Assembly (NCBI GenBank): GCA_051746665.1 | Contig: JBNJFG010000003.1 | Span: forward strand, 474 to 64,473 | Direction: 5' to 3' | DNA from: Bacillota bacterium | GTDB lineage: Bacteria > Bacillota > Halanaerobiia > Halanaerobiales > Halanaerobiaceae | DNA length: 64,000 nucleotides | Shown: in pieces, positions 27,986 to 37,746 of the stretch | Position numbering within the stretch: the first letter of the stretch is position 1 | How the letters are laid out: every line of letters starts with the position of its first letter | Translations under genes and position numbers: made by a program | The notes under the pieces: model-generated | The model's input: the letters and a program-made list of their open reading frames with translations, nothing else | Databases searched by the model: none | What the model was told of the DNA's origin: nothing

Positions 27986-29473
27986 ATGGCAGCTAATAAA
28001 AAAATTGCAAAAAAGATGATTGATGAGGCAGTAGCAGCTCAAATGGCTGATGTTGGTGTATTTAAAGAAAAAAGAGGTACAAAATTCACAATTAGTGATG
28101 CTAAGCCTTATGTAGATGCAGTTAAAAACATGAAAGCTATTGAAGGCCAGTCAAAAGAAGTTATAGACCTTCATGTTGAGTCAGTGAAAGCTCATTATGA
28201 AATACTTAAAGACTTAACAGATACAATTGCTCCAAAAGATGATCCTTTTGTAGAGCATTATCAAACACCTCCAATTCTAGAAATTTTATATGAAGATGAT
28301 CCAGAATTCCGTAAAGCAGCAGAAAAGTTTATGGAGCAGATCAAAAAAGATGAAGCTTTAATTGCTAGAGAATCAATGCGTAGATATGGCGGAATGTATG
28401 GACCAACTTGTGTAGTTGACTTTGCTTTTAGTCCTGGCTCAGTTAGTAATGTAGTTAATGAAGTACTTAAGCATACTGATATTGATCAAGACTATAAGAA
28501 GACTTTACTTGCAGCTAAATCCTGGGGAATGAATACTTCTTATGGTATTGGTGGAGCATTTACCGAAGCTGTTGAAGCTGATAAAACAGCAGCAGAAGCG
28601 GCAGAGGCTGAAGTGAAAGCCATGCAGGTACTTTATGATACTCCTGTAGATGCTCAGGTTAAGTTAATGGAAGATGCTGGTATGGATTCATTTGACTGCA
28701 GAGAATACATGAAGCGTTATAAAGAATGGATGAAGCCATTTGTTCTTGCAGCTAAAGAAGCTGGAGTTCACCCTGGAAATATTGTTGTAGTTCCTGCTTA
28801 CTGTGTTGGTGACGTTGGACACCATATCGCTCAATCAACATTTAATATGCTTAAAGATGATGTTAATATGGAGATTATAGAAGTAGTTTCGCATGTTATG
28901 AAAAACACTTTAGAAAGAGGATTAGATAAAGGTTATGACAGCCTCTATGATATTTTAAGTGTTGCAACAGGTTCAACAGCTGCAGCAGTTAGTTCAATGT
29001 TATGGGATGAAGGATTTACAGCGCCAATGATTGTAGATCTATTGACTAAAAGATTCCATAACTATGTTAATTTAAATCCTGGTAGAGGTCAGGCAGCAGA
29101 ACTGCATAATGTTGACTTTATGGACATGATTCATCGTGGTGATAAAATCATTGATGACGAGCCAATTGGTGCTGGCTGTAAAGTTAAGGGTATAGATATT
29201 GACTTTAGTCCTATCGAAAATAGTTATGTATTACAGAATACACAGGATTATGCTTATCCTGCCTGTGCAATTTCTGTTAAGTTCTCATCCTTAATGCGTC
29301 TTGCTGACTTCCCTTGTCTATTAACAAGTGAGCCAGTTACTGCTACTTTAATGACTAACATTATTGCCTTAGACCCTGGTTCAGTTGTTGCACCAGCACG
29401 CTACTGTAAAGATTGTGCAGTATGTATGTATGTTAAGAAGCATAAACACTGTAACTGGAAAGATACTGTTTAA
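27986..29473 (+). CDS. DUF2193 family protein (mostly archaeal), with C-terminal Cys cluster
   Basis: PKDDPFVEHYQTPPILEIL, YGPTCVVDFA, KSWGMNTSYGIG, AAELHNVDFMD, RLADFPCLLTSEP, C-terminal CKDCAVC-x8-C; strong RBS aaggagg. Confidence 0.75.
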   Translation: MAANKKIAKKMIDEAVAAQMADVGVFKEKRGTKFTISDAKPYVDAVKNMKAIEGQSKEVIDLHVESVKAHYEILKDLTDTIAPKDDPFVEHYQTPPILEILYEDDPEFRKAAEKFMEQIKKDEALIARESMRRYGGMYGPTCVVDFAFSPGSVSNVVNEVLKHTDIDQDYKKTLLAAKSWGMNTSYGIGGAFTEAVEADKTAAEAAEAEVKAMQVLYDTPVDAQVKLMEDAGMDSFDCREYMKRYKEWMKPFVLAAKEAGVHPGNIVVVPAYCVGDVGHHIAQSTFNMLKDDVNMEIIEVVSHVMKNTLERGLDKGYDSLYDILSVATGSTAAAVSSMLWDEGFTAPMIVDLLTKRFHNYVNLNPGRGQAAELHNVDFMDMIHRGDKIIDDEPIGAGCKVKGIDIDFSPIENSYVLQNTQDYAYPACAISVKFSSLMRLADFPCLLTSEPVTATLMTNIIALDPGSVVAPARYCKDCAVCMYVKKHKHCNWKDTV

Positions 29474-29511
29474 TTAGATAAAGATAATAGAAGAATTAAA
29501 TAAATGTTTGT

Positions 29512-29540
29512 TGAAGACAGTGGAATTTCCACTGTCTTCA
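29512..29540 (+). other. Perfect intercistronic stem-loop after DUF2193 gene
   Basis: tgaagacagtgga-att-tccactgtcttca, no T tract. Confidence 0.65.
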
Positions 29541-29562
29541 CAAATTATATAGGGGTGGAAAA

Positions 29563-30420
29563 ATGAAAAAATTATTAATTCAGCTGGATACTGATAAGAG
29601 AGCCAGCACCTTTGATCAGGTAGTTGCTTATGATGCTGGAGCGGATAAATTAATAATTCATTCAGGAATTACTAAAGAAGAGGTAGAAGATATCATTTAT
29701 GGAGCTATTTTTACCCGCTCACCTAAAAAAATGAAGAATACAGCAGTTTTTGTTGGGGGATCTGATGTTGAAAAAGGTGAGGAAATAATGAAAGCAGTAG
29801 AAGAAGTATTTTTTGCTAATTTCAGTGTTTCTGTACTTTTAGATTCTAATGGATCAAACACTACTGCAGCCGCTTCAGTACTAAAGGTAAAAGAAGAAAT
29901 TGATTTGGATGGGAGTGAGGTTTTAATTTTAGCAGGTACTGGTCCAGTTGGTGTTAGAGCAGCAGCACTTTTTGCAATGGAAGGTGCTTCAGTAACTATA
30001 ACTTCCCGCAGTCAGGAAAAGGCTAATAGAAAAGCTGAAATGATTATGGAAGAATATGCTCTTGAAAACATTAAAGGAGTGGAAGCAAACACTGATGATG
30101 ATTTTATAAAAGCTATGAAAAATAAAGAAGTTATTTTATCTGCAGGACCTCCTGGGATTAATTTTATCAGCCGAGATATCTGGGAAAATGAAGATAATAT
30201 CAAAGTTATGGCTGATATCAATGCAGTTAGCCCTGCCGGAATAGAAGGAATAGAGCCTAATGCTGATGGTGAAACAATAGATGGAATAAAGATTTTTGGT
30301 GCCTTAGGTATTGGTGGCTTGAAAATGAAACTGCATAAAAAAGCTGTTGCTGAATTATTTAAGAGTAATGATAAAATTTTAAATGCTGTGGAAGTCTATA
30401 AATTACATGAAAAACTGTAA
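29563..30420 (+). CDS. NAD(P)-dependent methylene-H4MPT/H4F dehydrogenase (MtdA/MtdC type)
   Basis: KKLLIQLDTD...FDQVVAYDAGAD...GAIFTR...FVGGSD...LDSNGSNTTAAA...GTGPVG...DINAV.P.GI...GALGIGGLKMKLH. Confidence 0.88.
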   Translation: MKKLLIQLDTDKRASTFDQVVAYDAGADKLIIHSGITKEEVEDIIYGAIFTRSPKKMKNTAVFVGGSDVEKGEEIMKAVEEVFFANFSVSVLLDSNGSNTTAAASVLKVKEEIDLDGSEVLILAGTGPVGVRAAALFAMEGASVTITSRSQEKANRKAEMIMEEYALENIKGVEANTDDDFIKAMKNKEVILSAGPPGINFISRDIWENEDNIKVMADINAVSPAGIEGIEPNADGETIDGIKIFGALGIGGLKMKLHKKAVAELFKSNDKILNAVEVYKLHEKL

Positions 30421-31666
30421 AAACAAAAATTTAATTTTAACATCTTTTTCCAGCAGAGCAGCAGCAGAATGTTTTTCAACTTTTAAAAATCTAAATATAT
30501 ATGCCTTTGATTTTTTTGGAGATCTTGATTTAAAAGAAATTGTTGACTATTCATTTTCTTTAAAAGAAAAAAAGCTGGTTTTTAAAACAGAAGAATTATA
30601 TAAGGCAATAAAAAAATTTTTGGGTCAAAATAAAAATGAAGATTATTTTTTGATTTATGGTTCTGACTGGGATAATAAACCAGAACTTCTTTATAAATTA
30701 GAACAATTTGAAAATCTAAAACTCAGGGGTAATTCAGCAGCAGTTATTTCTAAATTAAATAAAAAAGAAAACCTGAAAAACTTATTTCAAATAGCTGAAA
30801 ATTTTGGCTTTAAGACCCCTGAGTTATTTTTAAGTCAAAAAAAGATAATTAATTTTCAGAGGCAAGAAAAAGATGATTTTCTGATCAAGCCTTATCATAG
30901 TGGTGGTGGATTAGAAATAAAAAGGGTTGAAAATAAAGGGAAAAATTTTAAAGATATTTTTATTAAGAAAAAAAATAATTTTTATCTGGAAGAATTTATT
31001 GAAGGAGAAAATAGGTCCTGTCAATTTGCCGCTGATGGGGAAAATGCTGAAATAATGGCATTTACAAGAGAATTAAAAGCAGCTGAAGTTAATCCATATT
31101 TAAAAAACAGTTTTAAATATGCAGGTAACATTTTAATAAAAGAAGAAAAAAAAGAAATAGAAATTATAGAAAAATTTATTAAAAATATTACCAGCAAATA
31201 TTCACTGCAGGGGATTAATGGTATTGATTATATAAAAAATGATCAGGGAATATTTTTTATAGAGCTAAACCCTCGGTTTACGGCAGCAGTAGAACTTTTA
31301 ATTCCATTTTATCAAAAAGAACTTTTTAATGTTTATTTACAAAATGAAGTAGCTGCTGATTATTTAAGTAAATATCTACAAAGAGGTTCTGGCTTTTCTG
31401 CTAAGGTGATTTATTATGCTGAACAAAATCTCAAAATAAAAAATGATCTAAGAGAGGTATTGAAAAAAATAAAAAATAAAAAGGCAGCTAAAGCTTTTAG
31501 TGAATCACAGATTCAAATTAAAGATCTGCCTAAAAAAGGAGAAAATTTCAAAAAAGAAGATCCTGTCTTTACTCTAATTGTTAAAACTAAAAATGAAAAT
31601 CTCTATTTGGAAATAATAAATTTAATTTTTTCAGAGTTTAAAAAACATTTTAAAGAACAAAGTTAA
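30407..31666 (+). CDS. ATP-grasp protein (OrfY/MyfB-like, cofactor glutamylation)
   Basis: SSRAAAE, DFFGDLDL, LRGNS, IKP..SGGG, EEFIEG, GID...IELNPR. Confidence 0.7.
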   Translation: MKNCKNKNLILTSFSSRAAAECFSTFKNLNIYAFDFFGDLDLKEIVDYSFSLKEKKLVFKTEELYKAIKKFLGQNKNEDYFLIYGSDWDNKPELLYKLEQFENLKLRGNSAAVISKLNKKENLKNLFQIAENFGFKTPELFLSQKKIINFQRQEKDDFLIKPYHSGGGLEIKRVENKGKNFKDIFIKKKNNFYLEEFIEGENRSCQFAADGENAEIMAFTRELKAAEVNPYLKNSFKYAGNILIKEEKKEIEIIEKFIKNITSKYSLQGINGIDYIKNDQGIFFIELNPRFTAAVELLIPFYQKELFNVYLQNEVAADYLSKYLQRGSGFSAKVIYYAEQNLKIKNDLREVLKKIKNKKAAKAFSESQIQIKDLPKKGENFKKEDPVFTLIVKTKNENLYLEIINLIFSEFKKHFKEQS

Positions 31667-31720
31667 TTAAAATTGATAAACAGTTTATAAGCAATATCGT
31701 TGAGAGGAGGAGGGTTAAAT

Positions 31721-32071
31721 TTGTCTGATAATACTTTTATTTTAATAACTGGTAGAACAATAAAGCAGGGAATGGCTTCAGTTTCTGGCAAAAAAAGTGA
31801 TAATTACAAAAAAGAAACTTCTTATGTTGAAGTCAGTAAAAATGTACTTGAGCGAATGAATATTGAAGACGGAGAAGCTGTAATTTTAGAAACTAAAGCT
31901 GGCAGTATAGAAGTGAACTGTAAGGCAGCTGATTTAGAAGAAGACATTGTTTTTATGCCCTATGGTCCTACCGCTAATACTTTAATTGGAACTGATACAG
32001 GTGGTACCGGAATGCCTGACTCCAAAAGCAATGTGGTTAAATTAATTAGAAAGGAGGCGCAGACTAATTGA
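31721..32071 (+). CDS. fwdD: Formylmethanofuran dehydrogenase subunit D (molybdopterin dinucleotide-binding)
   Basis: LITGRTIKQG...VFMPYGPTAN...TGGTGMP..K; TTG start after ggagg. Confidence 0.88.
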   Translation: MSDNTFILITGRTIKQGMASVSGKKSDNYKKETSYVEVSKNVLERMNIEDGEAVILETKAGSIEVNCKAADLEEDIVFMPYGPTANTLIGTDTGGTGMPDSKSNVVKLIRKEAQTN

Positions 32072-33357
32072 CAGAATTAAAAAGTTTTAAGAATATAACC
32101 TGTACTTTTTGTGGCGCACTCTGTGATAATATTGAAGTTAAAGTAAAAGATAACAAAATAGAAGAATTAAAAAATGCCTGTGCAATCTCTAGGAAAAAAT
32201 ATGAGCATGCTTTAAAAGATAGAACAGTACCGATGATTGACGGCCAAGAATGTACTTATCAAGAGGTTATAGAGAAAGCAGCTGAAATTCTAAAAAATAG
32301 TAAAAATCCATTAATTTATGGTTTGAGCAGTACTACAGCTGAGGCTCAAAAAAATGCAGTTAAGCTGGCCGAATTAACAGGGGCAAATATTGATAGTACT
32401 TCTTCAGTCTGTCACGGACCAGGTACTATGGCTAAACAGCTGGTAGGAATGGTAACAGCAACTTTGGGAGAGGTAAAAAACAGATCTGATTTAATGGTTT
32501 TTTGGGGAGCAAACCCAGTTGAAGCACACCCCAACCATTCTAAAAGATATACTATGCTTTCAGAAGGGCTTTTTAAAAAGAGCCGTTCTGATCGAGAAGT
32601 AATTGTATTTGATGTTCGTAAAACTCCAACTGCCAAAATGGCTGATCAATTTGTTAGAGTTGAACCCGGTAAAGATTTCGAATTATTAATGGCTTTAAGG
32701 ATGATGATTAAAGGAGAAAAACCAGCAAGCAAAAATGGTAAAATAGCTGGTTTAAAGATAGAAGAAATAGGAGCTATTGCAGAAAAATTAAAAAATGCTA
32801 ATTATGGAAGTATATTTTATGGTATGGGTTTAACAATGACCGGAGCTAAATACATGAATACCTGGGCAGCAATGAGTTTGATTAGAGATTTAAATAATGA
32901 TCAGCAGCGAAGATTTGTAATGATGCCGATGCGTGGCCACGGTAATGTAGCTGGTAGTGAAATAACTATGGCCTGGCAGACTGGTTATCCTTTTGCAGTT
33001 AATTTCAGCAAAGCATATCCGCGCTATAATCCAGGCGAATATACAGCAGTTGATTTACTGGCAAATAAAGAAGTAGATGCGGCCTTTATTATTGCTTCAG
33101 ATCCGGTTGGTAACTTACCTAAAAAAGCAGCTGCACATTTAAAAGATATACCAACAATTATTCTGGATCCTCACTGGAACTTCACAAGTGATTTTGCAGA
33201 TGTTGTGATACCCTCTGCTTTAAAAGGAATTACTGCTTCCGGCACAGTTTATAGAATGGATCATGTTCCACTCCATTTAAGAGCTTTTCTTGAAGATGAA
33301 TGGCCTAATGATGAAAAAGCAGTGGCTGAAATAGGGGAGCTGATTGAAAATGCTTAG
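32068..33357 (+). CDS. fwdB: Formylmethanofuran dehydrogenase subunit B (Mo/W-bisPGD, 4Fe-4S)
   Basis: CTFCGALCD...C cluster motif; metal-ligand motif SSVCHGP; TLGEVKNRSD, WGANP.EAHP.H, PMRGHGNV, GTVYRMD. Confidence 0.9.
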   Translation: MTELKSFKNITCTFCGALCDNIEVKVKDNKIEELKNACAISRKKYEHALKDRTVPMIDGQECTYQEVIEKAAEILKNSKNPLIYGLSSTTAEAQKNAVKLAELTGANIDSTSSVCHGPGTMAKQLVGMVTATLGEVKNRSDLMVFWGANPVEAHPNHSKRYTMLSEGLFKKSRSDREVIVFDVRKTPTAKMADQFVRVEPGKDFELLMALRMMIKGEKPASKNGKIAGLKIEEIGAIAEKLKNANYGSIFYGMGLTMTGAKYMNTWAAMSLIRDLNNDQQRRFVMMPMRGHGNVAGSEITMAWQTGYPFAVNFSKAYPRYNPGEYTAVDLLANKEVDAAFIIASDPVGNLPKKAAAHLKDIPTIILDPHWNFTSDFADVVIPSALKGITASGTVYRMDHVPLHLRAFLEDEWPNDEKAVAEIGELIENA

Positions 33358-35026
33358 ACTTAAAAATGCTTTAATTTATGATCCAACTAATAATAAAGAT
33401 GGGGTTAAAGAAGATATCTGGGTTGAAGATGAGAAAATAGTTGCTGAACCTGAGCAATCAGTTTTAAAAGAATTAAAGGCAAACAATGAATTAGAAGAAA
33501 TAGATCTAGCAGGTAAAATTGTAATGGCTGGTGGAGTCGATATTCACTCTCATATAGCTGGCCCAAAGGTAAACTCCGGTCGTGTTTTAAGACCTGAAGA
33601 TCACAGGCGTGATAATGTTGCTCGTAAAGGTAAACTGCGTTCTGGAGTTGGTTCTACAGTTCCTTCTAGTTACGTAACTGGTTATCGCTACAGTTTAATG
33701 GGCTACACAACTGTGATGGAAGCTGCAGGACCACCTATGAAAGCTAAACATATTCATGAAGAATTTAATGATCTCCCCTATATCGATAAGGGCTTTTTAG
33801 TTTTAAGTGGTAATAATTATTTTGTTTTAAAATTCATCAGTGAAAATAATCAGCAGGCCTTAAAGGATTATCTTGGCTGGCTGATAAATGCAACAGGTGC
33901 TTTTGGATTAAAAGTTGTAAATCCAGGTGGAGTTGAAGCCTGGAAAGAAGGAAAAAGAATGAGAGGGATTGAAGAAAAGGGGACTTATTTTGATTTAAGT
34001 CCTAAGGAAATTCTGCTCGGACTGGCCCAAGCAGCAGAAGATCTTAAATTACCTCATCCCATTCATCTTCATACAAATGATCTGGGCTCAGCTGGAAATT
34101 ATAAAACAACAATTAATACTATGCGATTATTAGAGGATTATCGACTGCATATAACCCATGTTCAATTCAGCAGCTATGGTAAAGACGAAGATTCCAAAAT
34201 AAAGTTTGCTACTGCTACTGATGAAATTGCAGCTGAAATTAATAAGCAGTCAAAACTTACAGTGGATATTGGTCAGCTTGTCTTTGGAGAAGCTACAACC
34301 ATGACTGCAGATGGCATTTTGGAATATAATCTTCATAAATTATCAGGTAACAAATGGGTTAATACAGATGTTGAAATGGAAACTGGATCAGGTATCGTAC
34401 CAATGAATTATAAGAAGAAAAATTTAGTTAATGATATTCAATGGGCTACTGGAATGGAACTTTTCTTAAAAATTAATAATCCCTGGCAGGTGTTTTTAAC
34501 AACTGACCATCCAAATGCTGGACCATTTACTGCCTATCCCTGGATTATTAAATTATTGATGAATAAAAGCTATCGGGCAGATTATATATCAGATTTAAAT
34601 GATAAATTTGATGAGCATACAGATTTGTCTTCACTTGACAGAGAATATAGTTTGAGTGATATTGCAGTTATCAGTCGCTCTGGTCCTGCTAAAGCCCTAG
34701 GATTGAAAAATAAAGGTCATCTAGGGATTGGTGCTGATGCAGATATAGCGGTATATAATAATATTTCTGACAGTGATATTGCAGAAGTCTTTGCTCATCC
34801 TGTTTATGTTTTTAAATCGGGAAGAATGATTGTCAAAGATGGAGAACTACTAAATAATTTGGAAATTGGAAGGACCTTAGTTACTAAGCCAGAATATGAT
34901 CAAAACATTGTCGAATTAATTAGAGAAGATTTTCAGAAATATTATAGTATTTCAATTGATAATTATGCAGTTACAGATCATTATTATGATAAAGTTGAGG
35001 TGATTCCATGCGCTACCAGGGAATAG
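33350..35026 (+). CDS. fwdA: Formylmethanofuran dehydrogenase subunit A (amidohydrolase)
   Basis: GGVDIHSHIAG, LKVVNPGG, PHPIHLH, HITHVQF, LTTDHPN, KGHLGIGADAD. Confidence 0.92.
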   Translation: MLRLKNALIYDPTNNKDGVKEDIWVEDEKIVAEPEQSVLKELKANNELEEIDLAGKIVMAGGVDIHSHIAGPKVNSGRVLRPEDHRRDNVARKGKLRSGVGSTVPSSYVTGYRYSLMGYTTVMEAAGPPMKAKHIHEEFNDLPYIDKGFLVLSGNNYFVLKFISENNQQALKDYLGWLINATGAFGLKVVNPGGVEAWKEGKRMRGIEEKGTYFDLSPKEILLGLAQAAEDLKLPHPIHLHTNDLGSAGNYKTTINTMRLLEDYRLHITHVQFSSYGKDEDSKIKFATATDEIAAEINKQSKLTVDIGQLVFGEATTMTADGILEYNLHKLSGNKWVNTDVEMETGSGIVPMNYKKKNLVNDIQWATGMELFLKINNPWQVFLTTDHPNAGPFTAYPWIIKLLMNKSYRADYISDLNDKFDEHTDLSSLDREYSLSDIAVISRSGPAKALGLKNKGHLGIGADADIAVYNNISDSDIAEVFAHPVYVFKSGRMIVKDGELLNNLEIGRTLVTKPEYDQNIVELIREDFQKYYSISIDNYAVTDHYYDKVEVIPCATRE

Positions 35027-35907
35027 AAATAGAAGATACTTTTGCTGAGGCTTTTACTATGTATGGAACCAGAGTCATAGTAACAGCAGACAATGAAAAA
35101 TGGGCTGAGATTGCAGGCAGAGAAGCTACAGGATTTGCAACTTCAATTATTGAATGCGGAATTGAGGCTGGAATTGAAAAGAAATTAAGCCCGGAGGAAA
35201 CTTTAGATGGAAGACCTGGAGTCAGTTTGCTCTTTTTTACCATGAAAGAAAAATCACTGTTAAAAGAAATGCGAAAACGAATAGGCCAGACAATAATGAC
35301 TGCAGCCACTGCAGCCTGTTTTAATGGCCTAAATTCAGATAAAAAAATAAAAGTTGGAGGAAATATACGCTATTTTGGAGATGGATTTCAGATTTCAAAA
35401 CTATATGATGACCGCAGATTCTGGAGGATTCCAATAATGGGGGGCGAATTCTTAATCGAAGAAAGTTTTGGAGTTCAAAAAGGAATAGGTGGAGGTAACA
35501 TAATAATTGCTGCATCTGACTCTGTAAACGCTTTAAATGCTGCTGAAAAAGCAGTAGCAGCAATGCGCCAAATTGAAGGGGTAGTAATGCCTTTCCCAGG
35601 GGGGATTGTCAGCAGTGGGAGTAAGGTAACTTCTAAATATTCATTTTTAAATGCAGCTACCAATACGAAATATTGCCCTACTATTAAAGCACAGACAGAA
35701 TCAAATTTGGCGGAAGAAGTTGGTTCTGTTTTAGAAATTGTTATCGATGGTTTAAGTGTGGAAGCAACTGCAGAAGCAATGAGAGTTGGAATTAAAGCAG
35801 CTGCTGTTGATGGTGTTATTAAAATAACTGCTGGTAATTATGGTGGAGATCTAGGAACAGAAAACTTTTATCTCAAGGAAATTTTACGGGGTGATCTGGA
35901 TGACTAA
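35008..35907 (+). CDS. ftr: Formylmethanofuran:H4MPT formyltransferase
   Basis: IEDTFAEAF, TGFATSII.C..EAG, DGRPG, YFGDG, PFPGGIVSSGSKV, AGNYGG.LG. Confidence 0.93.
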   Translation: MRYQGIEIEDTFAEAFTMYGTRVIVTADNEKWAEIAGREATGFATSIIECGIEAGIEKKLSPEETLDGRPGVSLLFFTMKEKSLLKEMRKRIGQTIMTAATAACFNGLNSDKKIKVGGNIRYFGDGFQISKLYDDRRFWRIPIMGGEFLIEESFGVQKGIGGGNIIIAASDSVNALNAAEKAVAAMRQIEGVVMPFPGGIVSSGSKVTSKYSFLNAATNTKYCPTIKAQTESNLAEEVGSVLEIVIDGLSVEATAEAMRVGIKAAAVDGVIKITAGNYGGDLGTENFYLKEILRGDLDD

Positions 35908-36754
35908 ATTAAAGCTCAAATTAAAAAATGAAAACCCTGCTCTAATTAAAAAAAATAATAAATTAATAGGGAAAATCCCGGTTGAAGTAGAAAATATTAG
36001 AGCAGACCTTATAAAAGATATGAGTTTTTCTGAATTAGAAAATCTAGAAATTAGAGCCGGAAAAGAAATATATAAATTAAAAGATTTTTTTGAAATAGAA
36101 GGTGAGCCAGCAGAAGATATTGAAATTGTAGGTGATTTATCTAATTTTAAATACCTAGGTGCAGAAATGAATTCTGGTACTATTAAAGTTAAAGGTAATG
36201 TTGGCATGCATCTGGGTTCTGAAATGAGTGGTGGTCAAATAGAAATTGAAGGTAATGCTGGTGACTGGCTGGGTGCAGAAATGACAGGTGGTATGATAAC
36301 TGTAGCTGGTGATGCGGGTAATTATATAGGAGCTGCTTTTAGAGGAGATAAATTAGGGATGAATCGAGGCCTGATCTATATTGGTGGTAATGCCGGCAAC
36401 TTTACAGCAAATAAAATGCGTCGTGGTGAAATAATAATCAATGGTGATTGTGGAGACTTACTCGGAGCACAGATGATAGCAGGTTCTGTCTATGTTTTTG
36501 GTAAGTGCGGAAAACGAGTAGGAGCTGGGATGAAAAGAGGAACAATTGTAGTTTTTAATGAAATAGAACTGCTTCCTACTTTTAGTTACAATATAAGTTA
36601 TTCCCCTAATTTTTTAAATATTGCCTTCAGGCATCTTGAAAATGATTATGGAATCAAAATTCCAGATCAAGCTTTTAATTCAGAATATAAAAGATATAGT
36701 GGTGATAAGACTGAATTAGGGAAAGGGGAAATTTTAATATGGAAAAAAGACTAA
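35900..36754 (+). CDS. fwdC: Formylmethanofuran dehydrogenase subunit C (beta-helix)
   Basis: Repeated G.EM.GG.I.V.G.AG (GXGXG) motifs; LLPTF; GKGEIL. Confidence 0.9.
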   Translation: MTKLKLKLKNENPALIKKNNKLIGKIPVEVENIRADLIKDMSFSELENLEIRAGKEIYKLKDFFEIEGEPAEDIEIVGDLSNFKYLGAEMNSGTIKVKGNVGMHLGSEMSGGQIEIEGNAGDWLGAEMTGGMITVAGDAGNYIGAAFRGDKLGMNRGLIYIGGNAGNFTANKMRRGEIIINGDCGDLLGAQMIAGSVYVFGKCGKRVGAGMKRGTIVVFNEIELLPTFSYNISYSPNFLNIAFRHLENDYGIKIPDQAFNSEYKRYSGDKTELGKGEILIWKKD

Positions 36755-37698
36755 ACCTTAATAAAAATGCAGTGATGCTGGTTAAAGAAATGATGAATGA
36801 AAAAGATCTCTTAAATATAGATGCTGTCCATTATAATGATGGAATAACTGTTATTGATGGTGGTGTTAAAGTTAAAGGTGGTTTTAGAGCTGGAGTTTTT
36901 TTCTCAGAAATATGTCTGGGGGGATTAGGAGAAGTTGATTTTATTGACTATGAGATTAGAGATTATATGATTCCAGCTGTTAAAGTAGAAATTGATCATC
37001 CCCTGGAAGCCTGTATGCTTTCTCAATATGCAGGTTGGAAAGTTGAAAAAGATGATTTTTTTGCTATGGCTTCTGGTCCGGGAAGAATTTTAGCTGCTAA
37101 AGAAAAATTATATAAAGAATATAATAATTATCGTGAAAGCAGAAATTCTCCGGCGGTAATTGTTTTAGAAAGTTCAAAACTTCCAGATGAAAAAACTGCA
37201 AAATATATTGCAGATGAAATGTGTACACCCTGCAGTAACAGTTATATTTTAACAGCACCAACAGAATCACTGGTCGGATCAATCCAGATAAGTGCCAGAA
37301 TTGTAGAAACAGGAATGCATAAAATGCATGAATTAGATTTTGCTTTAGAAAAAATTGAGTCAGCCTGGGGTATTTGTCCTGTTTCACCAACTGCTGATAA
37401 TACTTTAAAAGCTATTGGAAGAACTAATGATGCAGTTTTATATGGTGGAACAGCATATTATCAGGTATACTGCGAAGATACTGAAATAGAAGAAATATTA
37501 GCTGATATTCCAGCATCAGCTTCAGATGATTATGGAGAAAGTTTTTTAAAACTATATAAAAGATATAACAATTTCTATGATATTGATCCAATGCTTTTTA
37601 GTCCTGCCCGTGTTATAATTAATAATAGAAAAAGTGGAAAAACCTACAAAGCAGGAAAAATAAATTATGAAATACTTGAAAAATCATTTTTTGAATAA
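36739..37698 (+). CDS. mch: Methenyl-H4MPT cyclohydrolase
   Basis: ICLGGLG, SQYAGW, FAMASGPGR, GSIQISARIVETG.HK, GRTNDAVLYGG, FYDIDPMLFSPA. Confidence 0.93.
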   Translation: MEKRLNLNKNAVMLVKEMMNEKDLLNIDAVHYNDGITVIDGGVKVKGGFRAGVFFSEICLGGLGEVDFIDYEIRDYMIPAVKVEIDHPLEACMLSQYAGWKVEKDDFFAMASGPGRILAAKEKLYKEYNNYRESRNSPAVIVLESSKLPDEKTAKYIADEMCTPCSNSYILTAPTESLVGSIQISARIVETGMHKMHELDFALEKIESAWGICPVSPTADNTLKAIGRTNDAVLYGGTAYYQVYCEDTEIEEILADIPASASDDYGESFLKLYKRYNNFYDIDPMLFSPARVIINNRKSGKTYKAGKINYEILEKSFFE

Positions 37699-37746
37699 TT
37701 CTTTAAGTAGAAAATAATAATTTTAAAAAGCATAGGAGGGAATTTA

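Noticed and set aside
32068-33357. Selenocysteine in FwdB
   Set aside because: The ligand position is a TGT Cys codon; no in-frame TGA
36100-36560. Repetitive Gly-rich sequence in fwdC
   Set aside because: Normal GXGXG beta-helix repeats of the FwdC family
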